Shown: positions 1-9,490, numbered from the stretch's first letter. The stretch: DNA of 32,968 nucleotides from Candidatus Fraserbacteria bacterium (GCA_037443265.1 JBBIOR010000009.1:34155-67122), one strand, 5' to 3'. A program made the numbers and translations. Notes: generated by a model not told the origin, from the sequence alone.

Positions 1-16
1 TCTTTTCTTTGGGCCT

Positions 17-931
17 CTAATGGCCGGGTCCTCCGCCGAAGCCTGGACCCTGGCCGCCGCCGAAGGCGCTGGCCGGCAGACGGAAGCTGACCCGCGCGAC
101 TTTGCCGCGCTCCAAAGTGAGAGTCACAGGCTTCCCTTCAGCATCTTTGAGGGCGGCAGGCTGGAACTGGATGGCGCTCTGCTCGTCTAATAGCCCCGAG
201 AGGCGATCGCCTGTCTTAAGAGAGATGAAGTCCCTGGAGCTTTCAGGATCCGCGGCCAGCTCGATGCTCGTCACATCGCTGGCCTTCAGAGTCAGCGTCC
301 CAAAGAGCGTGGTGTGGAAGACGAATTGTTCATTGACGATGGCCCCACTTAAGAGCTGCTGATTGGGGAAGATGGCCAGATCATAGGTGGTCAGGCTCTT
401 GACGAAGAGCTGGAAGAGATTTTGGGCATGCAGCCCGCGCATGATTCTGAAAAATGACTGGCGCCCTGCTTCGCTCGGCGGACCGCTGCCCGGCGCAGGC
501 ATGCTGATCTTGAGGATCAGTGTCTTGACCTCCGATTTGGGAAGAGTGATCTCAACGCCCGTAGGCAGTTGGATGGTGAGAGAACTCACTTGCAGTGTAC
601 CCGTGAGCGTGTCTCCGCTCAGGAGCACAAGCTGATCGCTCTTCTCGCCAAAGCTCATAAGAGCGATTTCACCGCGCGGGAGCGTCCGCACCTGGCCGGA
701 ATCGCTCGCGTTGAACGTGAACTGGTCTCCTTGGACCGTCCCACTGATGGCGGCGCCGTGGGTCAGCAAAGCGAGATCCCCCGCGGTCATGGCGCGGAAG
801 AAGGACTCCAGTGCCTGGCGGGCGCCCCCGGCGGGACCGCCCTGCTGCGCTTGAGATACCCCGCTGGCCCATCCTAGGAGCAGCACTAGCCCTAACCCGA
901 CGCCCAGCATGTGGCAAAACCTTCTCCCCAT
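17..931 (-). CDS. Exported hypothetical protein with four short all-beta repeats (D-x4-5-G-x2-L-x-G pattern)
   Basis: ATG at 931 with an AAAGGAG RBS; the listed ORF start at 1021 is probably too long. N-terminal signal peptide (..WASGVSQA|QQ), four ~45-aa repeats and a Gly-rich tail. Confidence 0.75.
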   Translation of the reverse strand: MGRRFCHMLGVGLGLVLLLGWASGVSQAQQGGPAGGARQALESFFRAMTAGDLALLTHGAAISGTVQGDQFTFNASDSGQVRTLPRGEIALMSFGEKSDQLVLLSGDTLTGTLQVSSLTIQLPTGVEITLPKSEVKTLILKISMPAPGSGPPSEAGRQSFFRIMRGLHAQNLFQLFVKSLTTYDLAIFPNQQLLSGAIVNEQFVFHTTLFGTLTLKASDVTSIELAADPESSRDFISLKTGDRLSGLLDEQSAIQFQPAALKDAEGKPVTLTLERGKVARVSFRLPASAFGGGQGPGFGGGPGH

Positions 932-1073
932 GGCTTCTCCTTTCGCTTTTGAGACGTTTGCCGCTAGGATAGCCCCAGGATACCCCGTGAATGTGAACTC
1001 CTTATGTCGAACTTGTGACAAAGTGATGACTTCTGGAGACGAAGAGACGCTCAGGCGTCCATCACGTTTACGC

Positions 1074-3518
1074 CTACGGTCGATTTCCCCTGAAGCTTAG
1101 GATTTTGATCGGTGAGAAGCGCGAGCGGGGCGCATACAAGAAATAGAAGAAGAGCAACGCCAATGGGGTGAGCACCACTAGAGAACCCACAGGAAAGCGG
1201 GATCTTTCCGCTCCCCCCTGCGGATCGCGACTCGATTGGGCTTCCGGCTGCGGCGCGGGCATTCCTAGAACAATGAGCCGTCCATCCAAGCGCCTAAGCT
1301 CAAGCTCGCCTGTCACCCGCTTTAGCTTGGGATCGGCCTGCCCGACCAGCGGCACCCATCGCCCATCTTCCAGAACGTAGAGCTTTAGCCTCTCAGGATC
1401 GAGCCCGGCCGGCTGGTCTTCTTCCTGGTAGAAGACCGTGAGCTCCGCAAATCCCGCGTCGATGCCCTCTACAGTCACAGAATAGAAGCCCATCTCCAGC
1501 CCTAAGGGCGGAGCGCCCGCCGGGCGCTCCGCATAGCGGGCTGCCAGGACGATCCCCTGCGAGATGAGCTCTGAGCGACCTGGCTCTCCGCGCCCCAGCC
1601 GATAGAGCTCTAAGATGAGCCCTAAACGATCACTGGCGTCGAACTGGATGCGCGGACCGCGGGCAGAATCGATCACCAGAGCAGAGACAGAACTCAAAAC
1701 CAGCTCGGCGGGCTCGGCGGGCAACCAAGGCGTAAGCTCCTCCAAGGGCAGGCCCAACACGGCGTTCCCAGCTCCGGCGAAGGCCCCCGCCGGGCCATGC
1801 TCATCTCCCCAGAAGTTTCGCCGGGCTGAGATCCCCTCACTGTTCAGCACAGACAGCCCATAATGGAGGTTCTTCGTGACGCGATTCGCCGAAAGATCCG
1901 CCGCGCGCACGCCTTCGAGGCGCACTCCGCCTCCTCCGTTGGCCTCAATCTCGTTCTTCTCGAGCAGCAAGTCCCGCCCGCTCATGAGAAAAGCCCCATA
2001 CTCGCGGTTGTTCTGAAGGCGATTGCTCGCCAGCGTGAAATTCTCGATCTCGCGGGCGAACAGGCCGCTTCCGCCGTTGCTCACCAGGCTATTTTGAAAT
2101 AGCCGCAGGCGCTTGCCCTGCTCAATGGAAAACCCATCTCGCACGTTCTTCTCAATGGCGTTGTTAGCCAGAAGCGCGCCGGACACCCCTTCTAAAAGCA
2201 CGCCCTCCGCCCCGTTCTCGTAGATGCGATTGCCGTCCAGGCGCTCATCTTGAGACTTAAGAAGCGCCACCCCAGCTGCGCCGTTGTGGTGAATCTCATT
2301 CTGCTCAAAGATATTGCCCTCCCCGGCGCTTGTGAGGCCCGCTTGGAGGTTCTGATGGATCTCATTGGCCAAAAATCGATTCCGCCCAGAGCCGGCCTCA
2401 ATGCGAACGCCTTCGCCATCGGAGCGGGCAATCACGTTCTTCTCAAAAATGTTATTGGCCGGCCCACCCGTGTCATTGCGGCTGATCTCGATGCCCACGC
2501 TGTTCTCCAGCACCCGATTGTTCAAAAAACGGTTGCTCGCGACGCTGCCGGCCAGGCGCACCCCTATGGCTCCGCGGCCTTGATTCCCAGAGATGACGTT
2601 CTCCTCAATGGAGTTGCCCTGTGCCCCATTCTTGAGCACCAGACCCGCCACCCGCTGCTGGCGGATCTCGTTGGCCCTAATGCGATTGTTGACGGCATCC
2701 ATGAGAAGCAGGCCCACTTCGTTCGAGATCAATTGATTCCCTTCCGCTTGAGCGTCTGAAGTGCTCTCCAGCGCAATGCCTACTAAAAAATTATCGCGCA
2801 CCACGTTAAGCGACAGCTTGGCCCGCTGGGACCCCTTCAGCCACACCCCTCCCAGTTGATTGAACGAGATGGCGTTCTCTTCTAGAACAAGATCGTGCGA
2901 GCGCTCGAGATAGAGCCCCAGCCCTCCATTGCCGCGCACCTCGTTCTCAGAGAGCTTAAGATTCCAGACATCGCGGGCGATTAAGCCATCTTGGCGCTGA
3001 TTATAGATTTGATTTTCCAGGAGCGAGATCTCGCTGGTCCCCTCGATGAGCACCCCGATCGCCGAGCCGTAGATGCGATTGCCCTGAAGTGTGACGGCCG
3101 GTGCGGCAATCAGGACGGCCGGCTCTTTCGGGCTCCCCTCAATCGAAAAACCCTCAAGGCGCACGTTGCGGGCTCGCAGGATGACTCGGCCCGCGAGGAT
3201 CGTCTGGCTGGCCCCACCGGTCGAGCGAAGGGTCAGGCCCTCCACGCGGATCTCCACATCGCCCACGTAGCGTCCCGGCTCCACTAGGATCGTGTCGTAG
3301 GCCTGGGCAGTCGGCGGGCCTTGGAGCGCGGCTTGCAGGGTCTTAAAATGACGGTCTCCGTCGTGGTCTTCATCCGCTGGAGAGGTCGCATCGACGATGA
3401 GGATCGGTCCATCGTGCGAGGCAGAGGCGGGAAAAGCAAGAAGGGAAGCCGACGCGAGGGAGAAGAGCCCCAGCCAGAGCGCCAACCTCCTTACACGCCT
3501 TCGTTCTATCTCTCTCAT
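1074..3518 (-). CDS. Right-handed parallel beta-helix (NosD/pectin-lyase-like) surface protein with C-terminal transmembrane anchor
   Basis: 814 aa with a signal peptide (..FPASA|SH). Many N-x-I-x-x-N-x-x-x-G-I/V repeats, NFWG..GP cap, C-terminal YQEEDQPAGLDPERLKLY..W domain, hydrophobic helix plus basic tail. Confidence 0.85.
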   Translation of the reverse strand: MREIERRRVRRLALWLGLFSLASASLLAFPASASHDGPILIVDATSPADEDHDGDRHFKTLQAALQGPPTAQAYDTILVEPGRYVGDVEIRVEGLTLRSTGGASQTILAGRVILRARNVRLEGFSIEGSPKEPAVLIAAPAVTLQGNRIYGSAIGVLIEGTSEISLLENQIYNQRQDGLIARDVWNLKLSENEVRGNGGLGLYLERSHDLVLEENAISFNQLGGVWLKGSQRAKLSLNVVRDNFLVGIALESTSDAQAEGNQLISNEVGLLLMDAVNNRIRANEIRQQRVAGLVLKNGAQGNSIEENVISGNQGRGAIGVRLAGSVASNRFLNNRVLENSVGIEISRNDTGGPANNIFEKNVIARSDGEGVRIEAGSGRNRFLANEIHQNLQAGLTSAGEGNIFEQNEIHHNGAAGVALLKSQDERLDGNRIYENGAEGVLLEGVSGALLANNAIEKNVRDGFSIEQGKRLRLFQNSLVSNGGSGLFAREIENFTLASNRLQNNREYGAFLMSGRDLLLEKNEIEANGGGGVRLEGVRAADLSANRVTKNLHYGLSVLNSEGISARRNFWGDEHGPAGAFAGAGNAVLGLPLEELTPWLPAEPAELVLSSVSALVIDSARGPRIQFDASDRLGLILELYRLGRGEPGRSELISQGIVLAARYAERPAGAPPLGLEMGFYSVTVEGIDAGFAELTVFYQEEDQPAGLDPERLKLYVLEDGRWVPLVGQADPKLKRVTGELELRRLDGRLIVLGMPAPQPEAQSSRDPQGGAERSRFPVGSLVVLTPLALLFFYFLYAPRSRFSPIKILSFRGNRP

Positions 3519-3552
3519 GGGCTATTCTCCCCCGCAGCCGTGACTTCCCCCA

Positions 3553-5994
3553 TTACGACTGCTGAGGCGCAAGAGCAATAATTACGCCCGCGCGCAGGAG
3601 CCCCACCTCGATCTCCCCCTCGACGAGATTGACGTTCTGCAGGCTCTTGCCGGGCAGGGCCACCCAGCGACTCCCGTCCCAATAGAAGAGCCTCAAGCTA
3701 GCTTTGCTCACCCCGGCCGGAAGCTCCGCGTCCGTGTACGCCACATCGATGATGGCGGTGCCCGTTCCGAAGCCATTGGTGAGCACGCTCACCGTCTTGA
3801 GGGCCATCGCCAGAGGAGCTGGCTTGTAATAAGACGCCTCCGACGGCATAGGAGCGCTATACTTTGCCAGGATGGCGATCCCTCGCTCCTCTTTGTCCAC
3901 GCTGAAGAGCGAGAGCCTCACATCGGCCCGGTCCATCGCGTCCAGCTCCGTCTTGCCCGGCCCGAAATCGTGCATCAGAAACCCAGAGACGGAGCTTACC
4001 ACTTGCTCGTTCGGGCGATCTGTAAGCCAAGGGAGCACGGCCCCCAGGACCTGATCAGCTTCCAAGGGGAAACTGTTACCTCCCTGAACGCCGATCATGA
4101 TCACGGCGTTCCCGCGGCCTTCGAAGATGCCCGCCGGACCCTTGGGGTCACCCCACCAGTTGCGCTGCGCCCAAATATTCTGGCTGTTCTCCACCCAGAG
4201 CCCATAGCGCAGATTCGATGTGATGCCGTTCATCTGGAGATTCGCGCCTTGGCAGCCCGCGAGAAAGACCCCGCCCAAGGTGTTGTCTGCCACGGTGTTG
4301 TTCTGGAGATCGATGGCGCTGCACTCGCGCACGGCTATGCCGCGCTCGCGGTTTGTGCGAATCTGGTTGCTCTGGATCAGCAGGTCATCGGCCTTTTGAG
4401 CGTTGATCCCATCCTGCTGGTAGCGCTCAATGGTGCTTTCTAAGATCTTGACGCTTTTGGACTCTCGAATCAGGACGCCGTTGGCCTCGCCGTCGCGGAG
4501 GGTGTTCTTGCGAACCGTAGTGAAGCTCGCCCGAATGAGCGTGATACCGCCGCCGTCGCTGGGGCCGCCGCTTCCGTCGCCGCCTCCGTTTAGGGCGATC
4601 TCGTTCTCGCGAATCGTGTTTCGCTCACTACCCTCGATGCGAATCCCGTCGTCCCCGTTGCTCTGGATGACGTTCTGCACGATCTCGTCGTTGCCGCGGC
4701 CGCCCACGATGTGAACTCCCACCCGATTGTTCTCTACGATCTGATTGAGGACGAAGAAGTTGAGCCCGAAGCTCGCCTCCACGCGCAGGCCGTCTTCATC
4801 GGAGCTGCGGATCTCGTTGCCCTCAATTCTATTGTTGCTGGGCTCACGCTCTGTGGCCAGCGGGCTGCGGGTGAGGCGCACGCCGAAGCTGTTTCTGACG
4901 ATCGTGTTCTTGAGGATGAGGCTACCGGTCACATCCCCTTCGAGCAGCACGCCCGAGGCACCCGACTGGGTGTTGCCGTTGATGCGATTCCCCTCGACCG
5001 TATTGCGGCGAGAGGGTACTCCGTTGCCGCGCAGGGCCACCCCACCGGCGCGGTTGCTGGTGAGCTCATTGTTGCGGACCTCGTTGTTGTCGCTGCTGAC
5101 CAGCGAGACACCAAAGAGCCCGTTGGCCGTAATCGTGTTGTTGATAATCGCATTGTCATGGGATTTGTCCAGCTTAATTCCTTCCAGCTGATTGGCCGAA
5201 ATTTTATTATTGACGATCTGGCCGTCATCGGAGCCCAGCACCAGAATGCCCACTCCCAGATTGAGGCTGAGATCATTGTCGGAGATCTGGAACTGATCCG
5301 TGTTCCCTTCGAGGAAGATCCCACTGCTCCCCTGGCTCTGGATTTGATTCTGCTTGATCTGGAGCCCCTGGCTGCTGTCAGCCCTCACGTAGATGCCGTA
5401 GCGGCTGTTGTTGAAGAAGCGGTTGTTGACGATGAGGGTGCCGTCGCTGGAGTCGCTCACTTCTAGGCCATCGATCTTCGCCTCATGAATGATGTTCTCG
5501 AAGATACGGATCGCGCGATTGGCGACGACCACGCCCTGATCGCAGCTTGCGGCGTTGATGTCGAACCCGCGAAGCTCTGTCTCTTTGGCACTCAGCTTGA
5601 AGCAGCCGTTGATCTTGGTGCGTCCTGCCCCGCCGCTGGATCTTACGATGAGGCCCTTGACGTTGATCTCCAGCAACCCTTCCTCGTAGATGCCGGGATC
5701 CACGATGAGGGTGCCAAACTCTGGGAGAGGGCATCGGGTGAGGGCAGCTTTCAGGGTTTTGAAGTGGAAGTCGCAGTCTTGGTCATCTTGGGGAGGGTTT
5801 TTGATGTCCACGAAGGTGATGGGGCCTCCGTGGTTGGCCAGCGCTGGAGAAGCGATTCCCATCAGAAGCAGAGCGAATATCGCCCCTGTACTTAGGAAGA
5901 TCCCCCTGACTCTTCTGGATCTGGAATGATCCCATTGGGATGACATCTCCTCCACCTCGCTTCTGGGGTCTGTTGGCCCTCGATCTCGCGTCAT
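3553..5994 (-). CDS. Right-handed parallel beta-helix (NosD-like) secreted protein, paralog of the downstream gene
   Basis: 813 aa. GAGGTG RBS before ATG 5994; alternative start at 5946 with GGAGG. Signal peptide (..PALA|NH), beta-helix repeats, NWWGDPKGP cap, YTDAELPAGV..LRLFYWDGSRW domain, no C-terminal TM. Confidence 0.85.
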   Translation of the reverse strand: MTRDRGPTDPRSEVEEMSSQWDHSRSRRVRGIFLSTGAIFALLLMGIASPALANHGGPITFVDIKNPPQDDQDCDFHFKTLKAALTRCPLPEFGTLIVDPGIYEEGLLEINVKGLIVRSSGGAGRTKINGCFKLSAKETELRGFDINAASCDQGVVVANRAIRIFENIIHEAKIDGLEVSDSSDGTLIVNNRFFNNSRYGIYVRADSSQGLQIKQNQIQSQGSSGIFLEGNTDQFQISDNDLSLNLGVGILVLGSDDGQIVNNKISANQLEGIKLDKSHDNAIINNTITANGLFGVSLVSSDNNEVRNNELTSNRAGGVALRGNGVPSRRNTVEGNRINGNTQSGASGVLLEGDVTGSLILKNTIVRNSFGVRLTRSPLATEREPSNNRIEGNEIRSSDEDGLRVEASFGLNFFVLNQIVENNRVGVHIVGGRGNDEIVQNVIQSNGDDGIRIEGSERNTIRENEIALNGGGDGSGGPSDGGGITLIRASFTTVRKNTLRDGEANGVLIRESKSVKILESTIERYQQDGINAQKADDLLIQSNQIRTNRERGIAVRECSAIDLQNNTVADNTLGGVFLAGCQGANLQMNGITSNLRYGLWVENSQNIWAQRNWWGDPKGPAGIFEGRGNAVIMIGVQGGNSFPLEADQVLGAVLPWLTDRPNEQVVSSVSGFLMHDFGPGKTELDAMDRADVRLSLFSVDKEERGIAILAKYSAPMPSEASYYKPAPLAMALKTVSVLTNGFGTGTAIIDVAYTDAELPAGVSKASLRLFYWDGSRWVALPGKSLQNVNLVEGEIEVGLLRAGVIIALAPQQS

Positions 5995-6024
5995 GGCTCA
6001 CCTCAAGGTAGAATGGCTGCGCCC

Positions 6025-6030
6025 ATTATA
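6025..6030 (-). promoter_or_regulatory. Candidate -10 (TATAAT) for the beta-helix gene cluster
   Basis: Perfect TATAAT on the minus strand ~30 nt upstream of ATG 5994. No convincing -35. Confidence 0.45.
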
Positions 6031-6107
6031 TGAGAAACTCGTCCGCAAGGTATGTAATCGCAATCACCTTCTTGCAGGAATTGGCAGAGCAGGAGTGATC
6101 ATTCCAC

Positions 6108-6135
6108 TTGCGCCCCTTGGGCCGATTGTTATAAT
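6108..6135 (+). promoter_or_regulatory. Sigma70-type promoter of the pdxS operon
   Basis: TTGCGC-N16-TATAAT with extended -10 (TGtTATAAT). AGGAGG RBS before ATG 6176. Confidence 0.7.
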
Positions 6136-6175
6136 GCAGGTGGCCCCAAAGCTAAGCTAGAGCTAGGAGGATCGC

Positions 6176-7060
6176 ATGGCAGAGCGAGGCACATTGCGCG
6201 TGAAGGCCGGCCTGGCTGAGATGCTCAAGGGCGGCGTCATCATGGACGTCGTCAACGCGGAGCAGGCCCGCATCGCCGAAGAGGCCGGAGCCGTGGCCGT
6301 GATGGCTCTCGAGCGCGTCCCGGCCGATATCCGGGCCGCCGGCGGAGTGGCCCGCATGGCCGATCCCACCAAGATCAAAGAGATCATGGAAGCGGTCACC
6401 ATCCCCGTGATGGCCAAGTGTCGAATCGGCCACTTCGTCGAGGCTCAGATTCTCGAAGCCCTCGGGGTCGATTACATTGACGAAAGCGAAGTGTTAACTC
6501 CGGCAGACCCTGAGAATCACATCGACAAATGGCCCTTCAAGGTGCCCTTTGTCTGTGGAGCCCGCGATCTGCCGGAGGCGTGTCGCAGGATGGCCGAGGG
6601 GGCGGCCATGATTCGTACCAAGGGCGAGGCCGGCACGGGCGACGTGATCGAAGCCGTGCGCCACATGCGCCTAGTGAATAGACAGATCCGCCAAGTCGTC
6701 CATGCTCCCGACGATGAACTAGTAAAGCTCTCGAAGGAGTGGGGCGCGCCTCTAGAGGTCTTAAAGCTCATCAAGGCGGAGGGTAGGCTGCCGGTGGTGA
6801 ACTTCGCCGCCGGAGGGATCGCCACGCCCGCCGATGCAGCCTTGATGATGCAGCTGGGCTGCGACGGGGTCTTTGTAGGCTCAGGGATCTTTAAATCCAG
6901 CGACCCGGAGAAGCGGGCGCGGGCCATCGTGCTCGCCGTGACGTACTACAGCGACCCCAAGAAGCTCGCCGAGATCTCCGAGGGCTTGGGTGAGCCCATG
7001 AAGGGGATCGCTGTGGGAGGGCTCAAGCCCGAAGAGCTGCTCCAGACCCGCGGGCATTAA
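6176..7060 (+). CDS. pdxS: Pyridoxal 5'-phosphate synthase lyase subunit
   Basis: Motifs [50 protein letters not shown]. Confidence 0.98.
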   Translation: MAERGTLRVKAGLAEMLKGGVIMDVVNAEQARIAEEAGAVAVMALERVPADIRAAGGVARMADPTKIKEIMEAVTIPVMAKCRIGHFVEAQILEALGVDYIDESEVLTPADPENHIDKWPFKVPFVCGARDLPEACRRMAEGAAMIRTKGEAGTGDVIEAVRHMRLVNRQIRQVVHAPDDELVKLSKEWGAPLEVLKLIKAEGRLPVVNFAAGGIATPADAALMMQLGCDGVFVGSGIFKSSDPEKRARAIVLAVTYYSDPKKLAEISEGLGEPMKGIAVGGLKPEELLQTRGH

Positions 7061-7064
7061 AATC

Positions 7065-7625
7065 ATGAGAGTTGGCGTGCTCGGCCTTCAGGGAGATTGC
7101 CGTGAGCACCTCAATGTGCTAAGACGCCTGGGAGTCGAGGCGCGCGACGTGCGCACCGTGCCCGATCTTCAAGGCGTAGCTGCCCTCATCCTCCCCGGCG
7201 GGGAGAGCACGACCATGGCTCGTCTTATGGCCTACAGCGGCTTGGACAAGGCCCTCAAAGAACGGGCGCGACAAGGGATGCCCGTCTACGGCACGTGTGC
7301 AGGCATGATCCTCTTGGCCAAAGAGATCGTGGACGGCCTGCCTCAGGGTTTGGGATTGATTGACATCTCGGTGGACCGCAACGCCTATGGCCGCCAAGTC
7401 GATAGCTTCGAAGCAGATCTTCAGATCAAGCACCTCGGATCGTTTCATGCCGTCTTCATCCGCGCTCCCAAGATTATAAGATGCGGCTCAGGCGTCGAAG
7501 TCTTGGCGGAGCATGAGGGAGTACCCGTGCTGGTGCGTCAGGGGCGGCTGCTCGCCAGCAGCTTCCATCCAGAGCTTACAGGTGACACTCGCATCCATGA
7601 GTACTTCCTCAGTATGATGCATTGA
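7065..7625 (+). CDS. pdxT: PLP synthase glutaminase subunit
   Basis: Motifs LPGGESTT, GTCAG, RNAYGRQVDSF, FHPE; adjacent to pdxS. Confidence 0.97.
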   Translation: MRVGVLGLQGDCREHLNVLRRLGVEARDVRTVPDLQGVAALILPGGESTTMARLMAYSGLDKALKERARQGMPVYGTCAGMILLAKEIVDGLPQGLGLIDISVDRNAYGRQVDSFEADLQIKHLGSFHAVFIRAPKIIRCGSGVEVLAEHEGVPVLVRQGRLLASSFHPELTGDTRIHEYFLSMMH

Positions 7626-7658
7626 GTCTTCAACCCTAAGAGACTGGGGGGAGGGTCT

Positions 7659-8732
7659 ATGGTACAGGGCCGGAGTGTGCTAGTCATCGGCACAGGAACG
7701 ATCGGAGAGCCCCTAATTGGGCTGCTGGCCAGGATGAGGGAGCGCTTCGGGATAGATGAAGTCATCTTTCACAAGAACAGCCCACGCCTGGAGGACCGCC
7801 CCAAGATGGCGCAGCTCATGCAGCGGGGAGCCCTTCTGGCTGTCGACCCGGAGAAGATGCAAGCTTTTGAGAAGCTGGGCACGCCACCCACGTACTCCAA
7901 GCTGGAAGCCCTCGAGCGGGCTGCGGTGATCCTCGATTGCACGCCCAAGGGCTTTGGCAACAAGAACAAGAAAGAATATTACGAGAGATTCGAGAACGAT
8001 ACCCTGGGCTTCATTGCCCAGGGGAGCGAGTTTGGCTTCGGCAAGATGTACGTCCACGGGGTCAACGATGAGGCCCTCACTCCCGGCAAGGATAAATACA
8101 TTCAAGTCGTCAGCTGTAACACCCATAATTTAGCGGTGCTCATCCACACGCTGGCGCTCTCTGAGGGCCGCGACAATCTCATCGAAGGCCGCTTTGTCTG
8201 CATGAGGCGGGACAGCGACATCAGCCAGGCCGAAGAGTCGGTTCCGGCCCCCACGGTGGGCGAGCACATCGATGAGCGCTTCGGCACCCACCACGCGCGC
8301 GATGCGTATCATCTCTTTAAGACCCTCGGCTTGGAGCTCAATCTCTTCTCCTCCGCCATTGTGCTCAACACGCAGTACATGCACGCCATCTGGTTTGACT
8401 TGCATCTTAAACGTCCGACGACGATGGAGCGCGTACATAAATGGCTCAAGCAGAACCCCCGGATCGCTCTCACGCACAAGCGGAGCGCCAATCTGGTCTT
8501 CTCCTTTGGGCGAGATCACGGCCATTACGGGAGAATCCTCAACAACACCGTGGTGGTGCTGCCTTCTCTGCACCTAAGCCAAGACGGCACGAAGCTACGG
8601 GGCTTCTGCTTCACACCCCAAGATGGCAATTCTCTGCTCTCGAGCGTGGCGGCCACGCTCTGGTTCCTCTACCCCGAGGAGTATTTAGACAAGCTGAGTG
8701 CGCTGCGCCCATACTTTTATCCGGAAGTATGA
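7659..8732 (+). CDS. Archaeal-type (class II) glyceraldehyde-3-phosphate dehydrogenase-like oxidoreductase
   Basis: Rossmann GTGTIG, DCTPKG, IAQGSE, catalytic VVSCNTH, MRRDSD, HH and MH motifs are colinear with archaeal class II GAPDH. Confidence 0.75.
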   Translation: MVQGRSVLVIGTGTIGEPLIGLLARMRERFGIDEVIFHKNSPRLEDRPKMAQLMQRGALLAVDPEKMQAFEKLGTPPTYSKLEALERAAVILDCTPKGFGNKNKKEYYERFENDTLGFIAQGSEFGFGKMYVHGVNDEALTPGKDKYIQVVSCNTHNLAVLIHTLALSEGRDNLIEGRFVCMRRDSDISQAEESVPAPTVGEHIDERFGTHHARDAYHLFKTLGLELNLFSSAIVLNTQYMHAIWFDLHLKRPTTMERVHKWLKQNPRIALTHKRSANLVFSFGRDHGHYGRILNNTVVVLPSLHLSQDGTKLRGFCFTPQDGNSLLSSVAATLWFLYPEEYLDKLSALRPYFYPEV

Positions 8733-9490
8733 ACGCACGGGAGGTCCTTCAAAGGACGGCAAAAGGGACGCTCTTAGGGACGCTGCATCTGTTCTATCCG
8801 CCGCAGTGTCCGCTCTGTGAGAGCCCTCTTGCGGACTCAGAGAGGCTACGCTTTGTCTGTGAGGGGTGCTTAGCTCACATTCGACGCCTGGAGCCTCCCT
8901 GGTGTGCCCTCTGCGGAGAACCCCTGGGGCGCGCTCTCTGCGAGCGATGCGCTCAGGAGGAGATCCCCTTTGAGCGCGCTCGCTCGTTTGGGTTTTATGA
9001 AGGGCCTCTGGCTCGGCTCATCCAGCTCATGAAATATCACAAGGAGCGAGCACTGATCCGCGAGCTCGTCCCTCTCTTGTTCGCAGTCTATCAACAAGAG
9101 GAGAAGATCTCAGAGGGCGTAGAAGGGATCACGTTCGTGCCCATGAGCCCAAGGAGCGAGCGCGCTCGGGGATTCAATCCCTCTCGGCTCATGGCCGAGG
9201 CACTGGGCCGGCTCGTGGGAAAACCCGTGTTTTGCACGCTTAGCAAGATCCGCGAGACGCGCCCCCAAGCGGAGCTTGCCGGCTCAGAGCGCCTTAAGAA
9301 TTTAACAGACGCCTTCGCTCCGCTCAGTCAGGCTCGCTGTCAAAGCGTCCTTTTGATCGATGACGTTTATACGACAGGCGCGACGGCCAAAGAATGCAGC
9401 CGCGCGCTGCGCTCCGCAGGCTATAAGCATATCTACGTGCTCACTGTAGCCCGCACACCCCTCTCTTCCGAGCCCGAACATGCGAGTTGA
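8729..9490 (+). CDS. ComF family protein (zinc ribbon + phosphoribosyltransferase domain)
   Basis: Likely ATG at 8729 (ATGA overlap with the upstream stop). Four CxxC pairs, RGFN motif and PRPP-binding LLIDDVYTTGAT. Confidence 0.9.
   Translation: MNAREVLQRTAKGTLLGTLHLFYPPQCPLCESPLADSERLRFVCEGCLAHIRRLEPPWCALCGEPLGRALCERCAQEEIPFERARSFGFYEGPLARLIQLMKYHKERALIRELVPLLFAVYQQEEKISEGVEGITFVPMSPRSERARGFNPSRLMAEALGRLVGKPVFCTLSKIRETRPQAELAGSERLKNLTDAFAPLSQARCQSVLLIDDVYTTGATAKECSRALRSAGYKHIYVLTVARTPLSSEPEHAS

Noticed and set aside
3970..5466. Long plus-strand ORFs antisense to the beta-helix gene (also 17959-18636, 19798-20580, 22923-23555, 29773-30495)
   Set aside because: Antisense or off-frame mirrors of real genes caused by codon bias; no recognisable motifs.
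6117..6149. Imperfect inverted repeat TTGGGCC...GGCCCCAA flanking the pdxS -10 (possible operator)
   Set aside because: Short, imperfect and GC-rich, with no regulator gene nearby; not distinguishable from chance.
8441..8728. N-terminal extension of the ComF ORF (similarly rpoD 11795, guaB 23590 and ORF 1021)
   Set aside because: These extensions overlap upstream genes or promoters. Better downstream ATGs with RBS or coupling exist.
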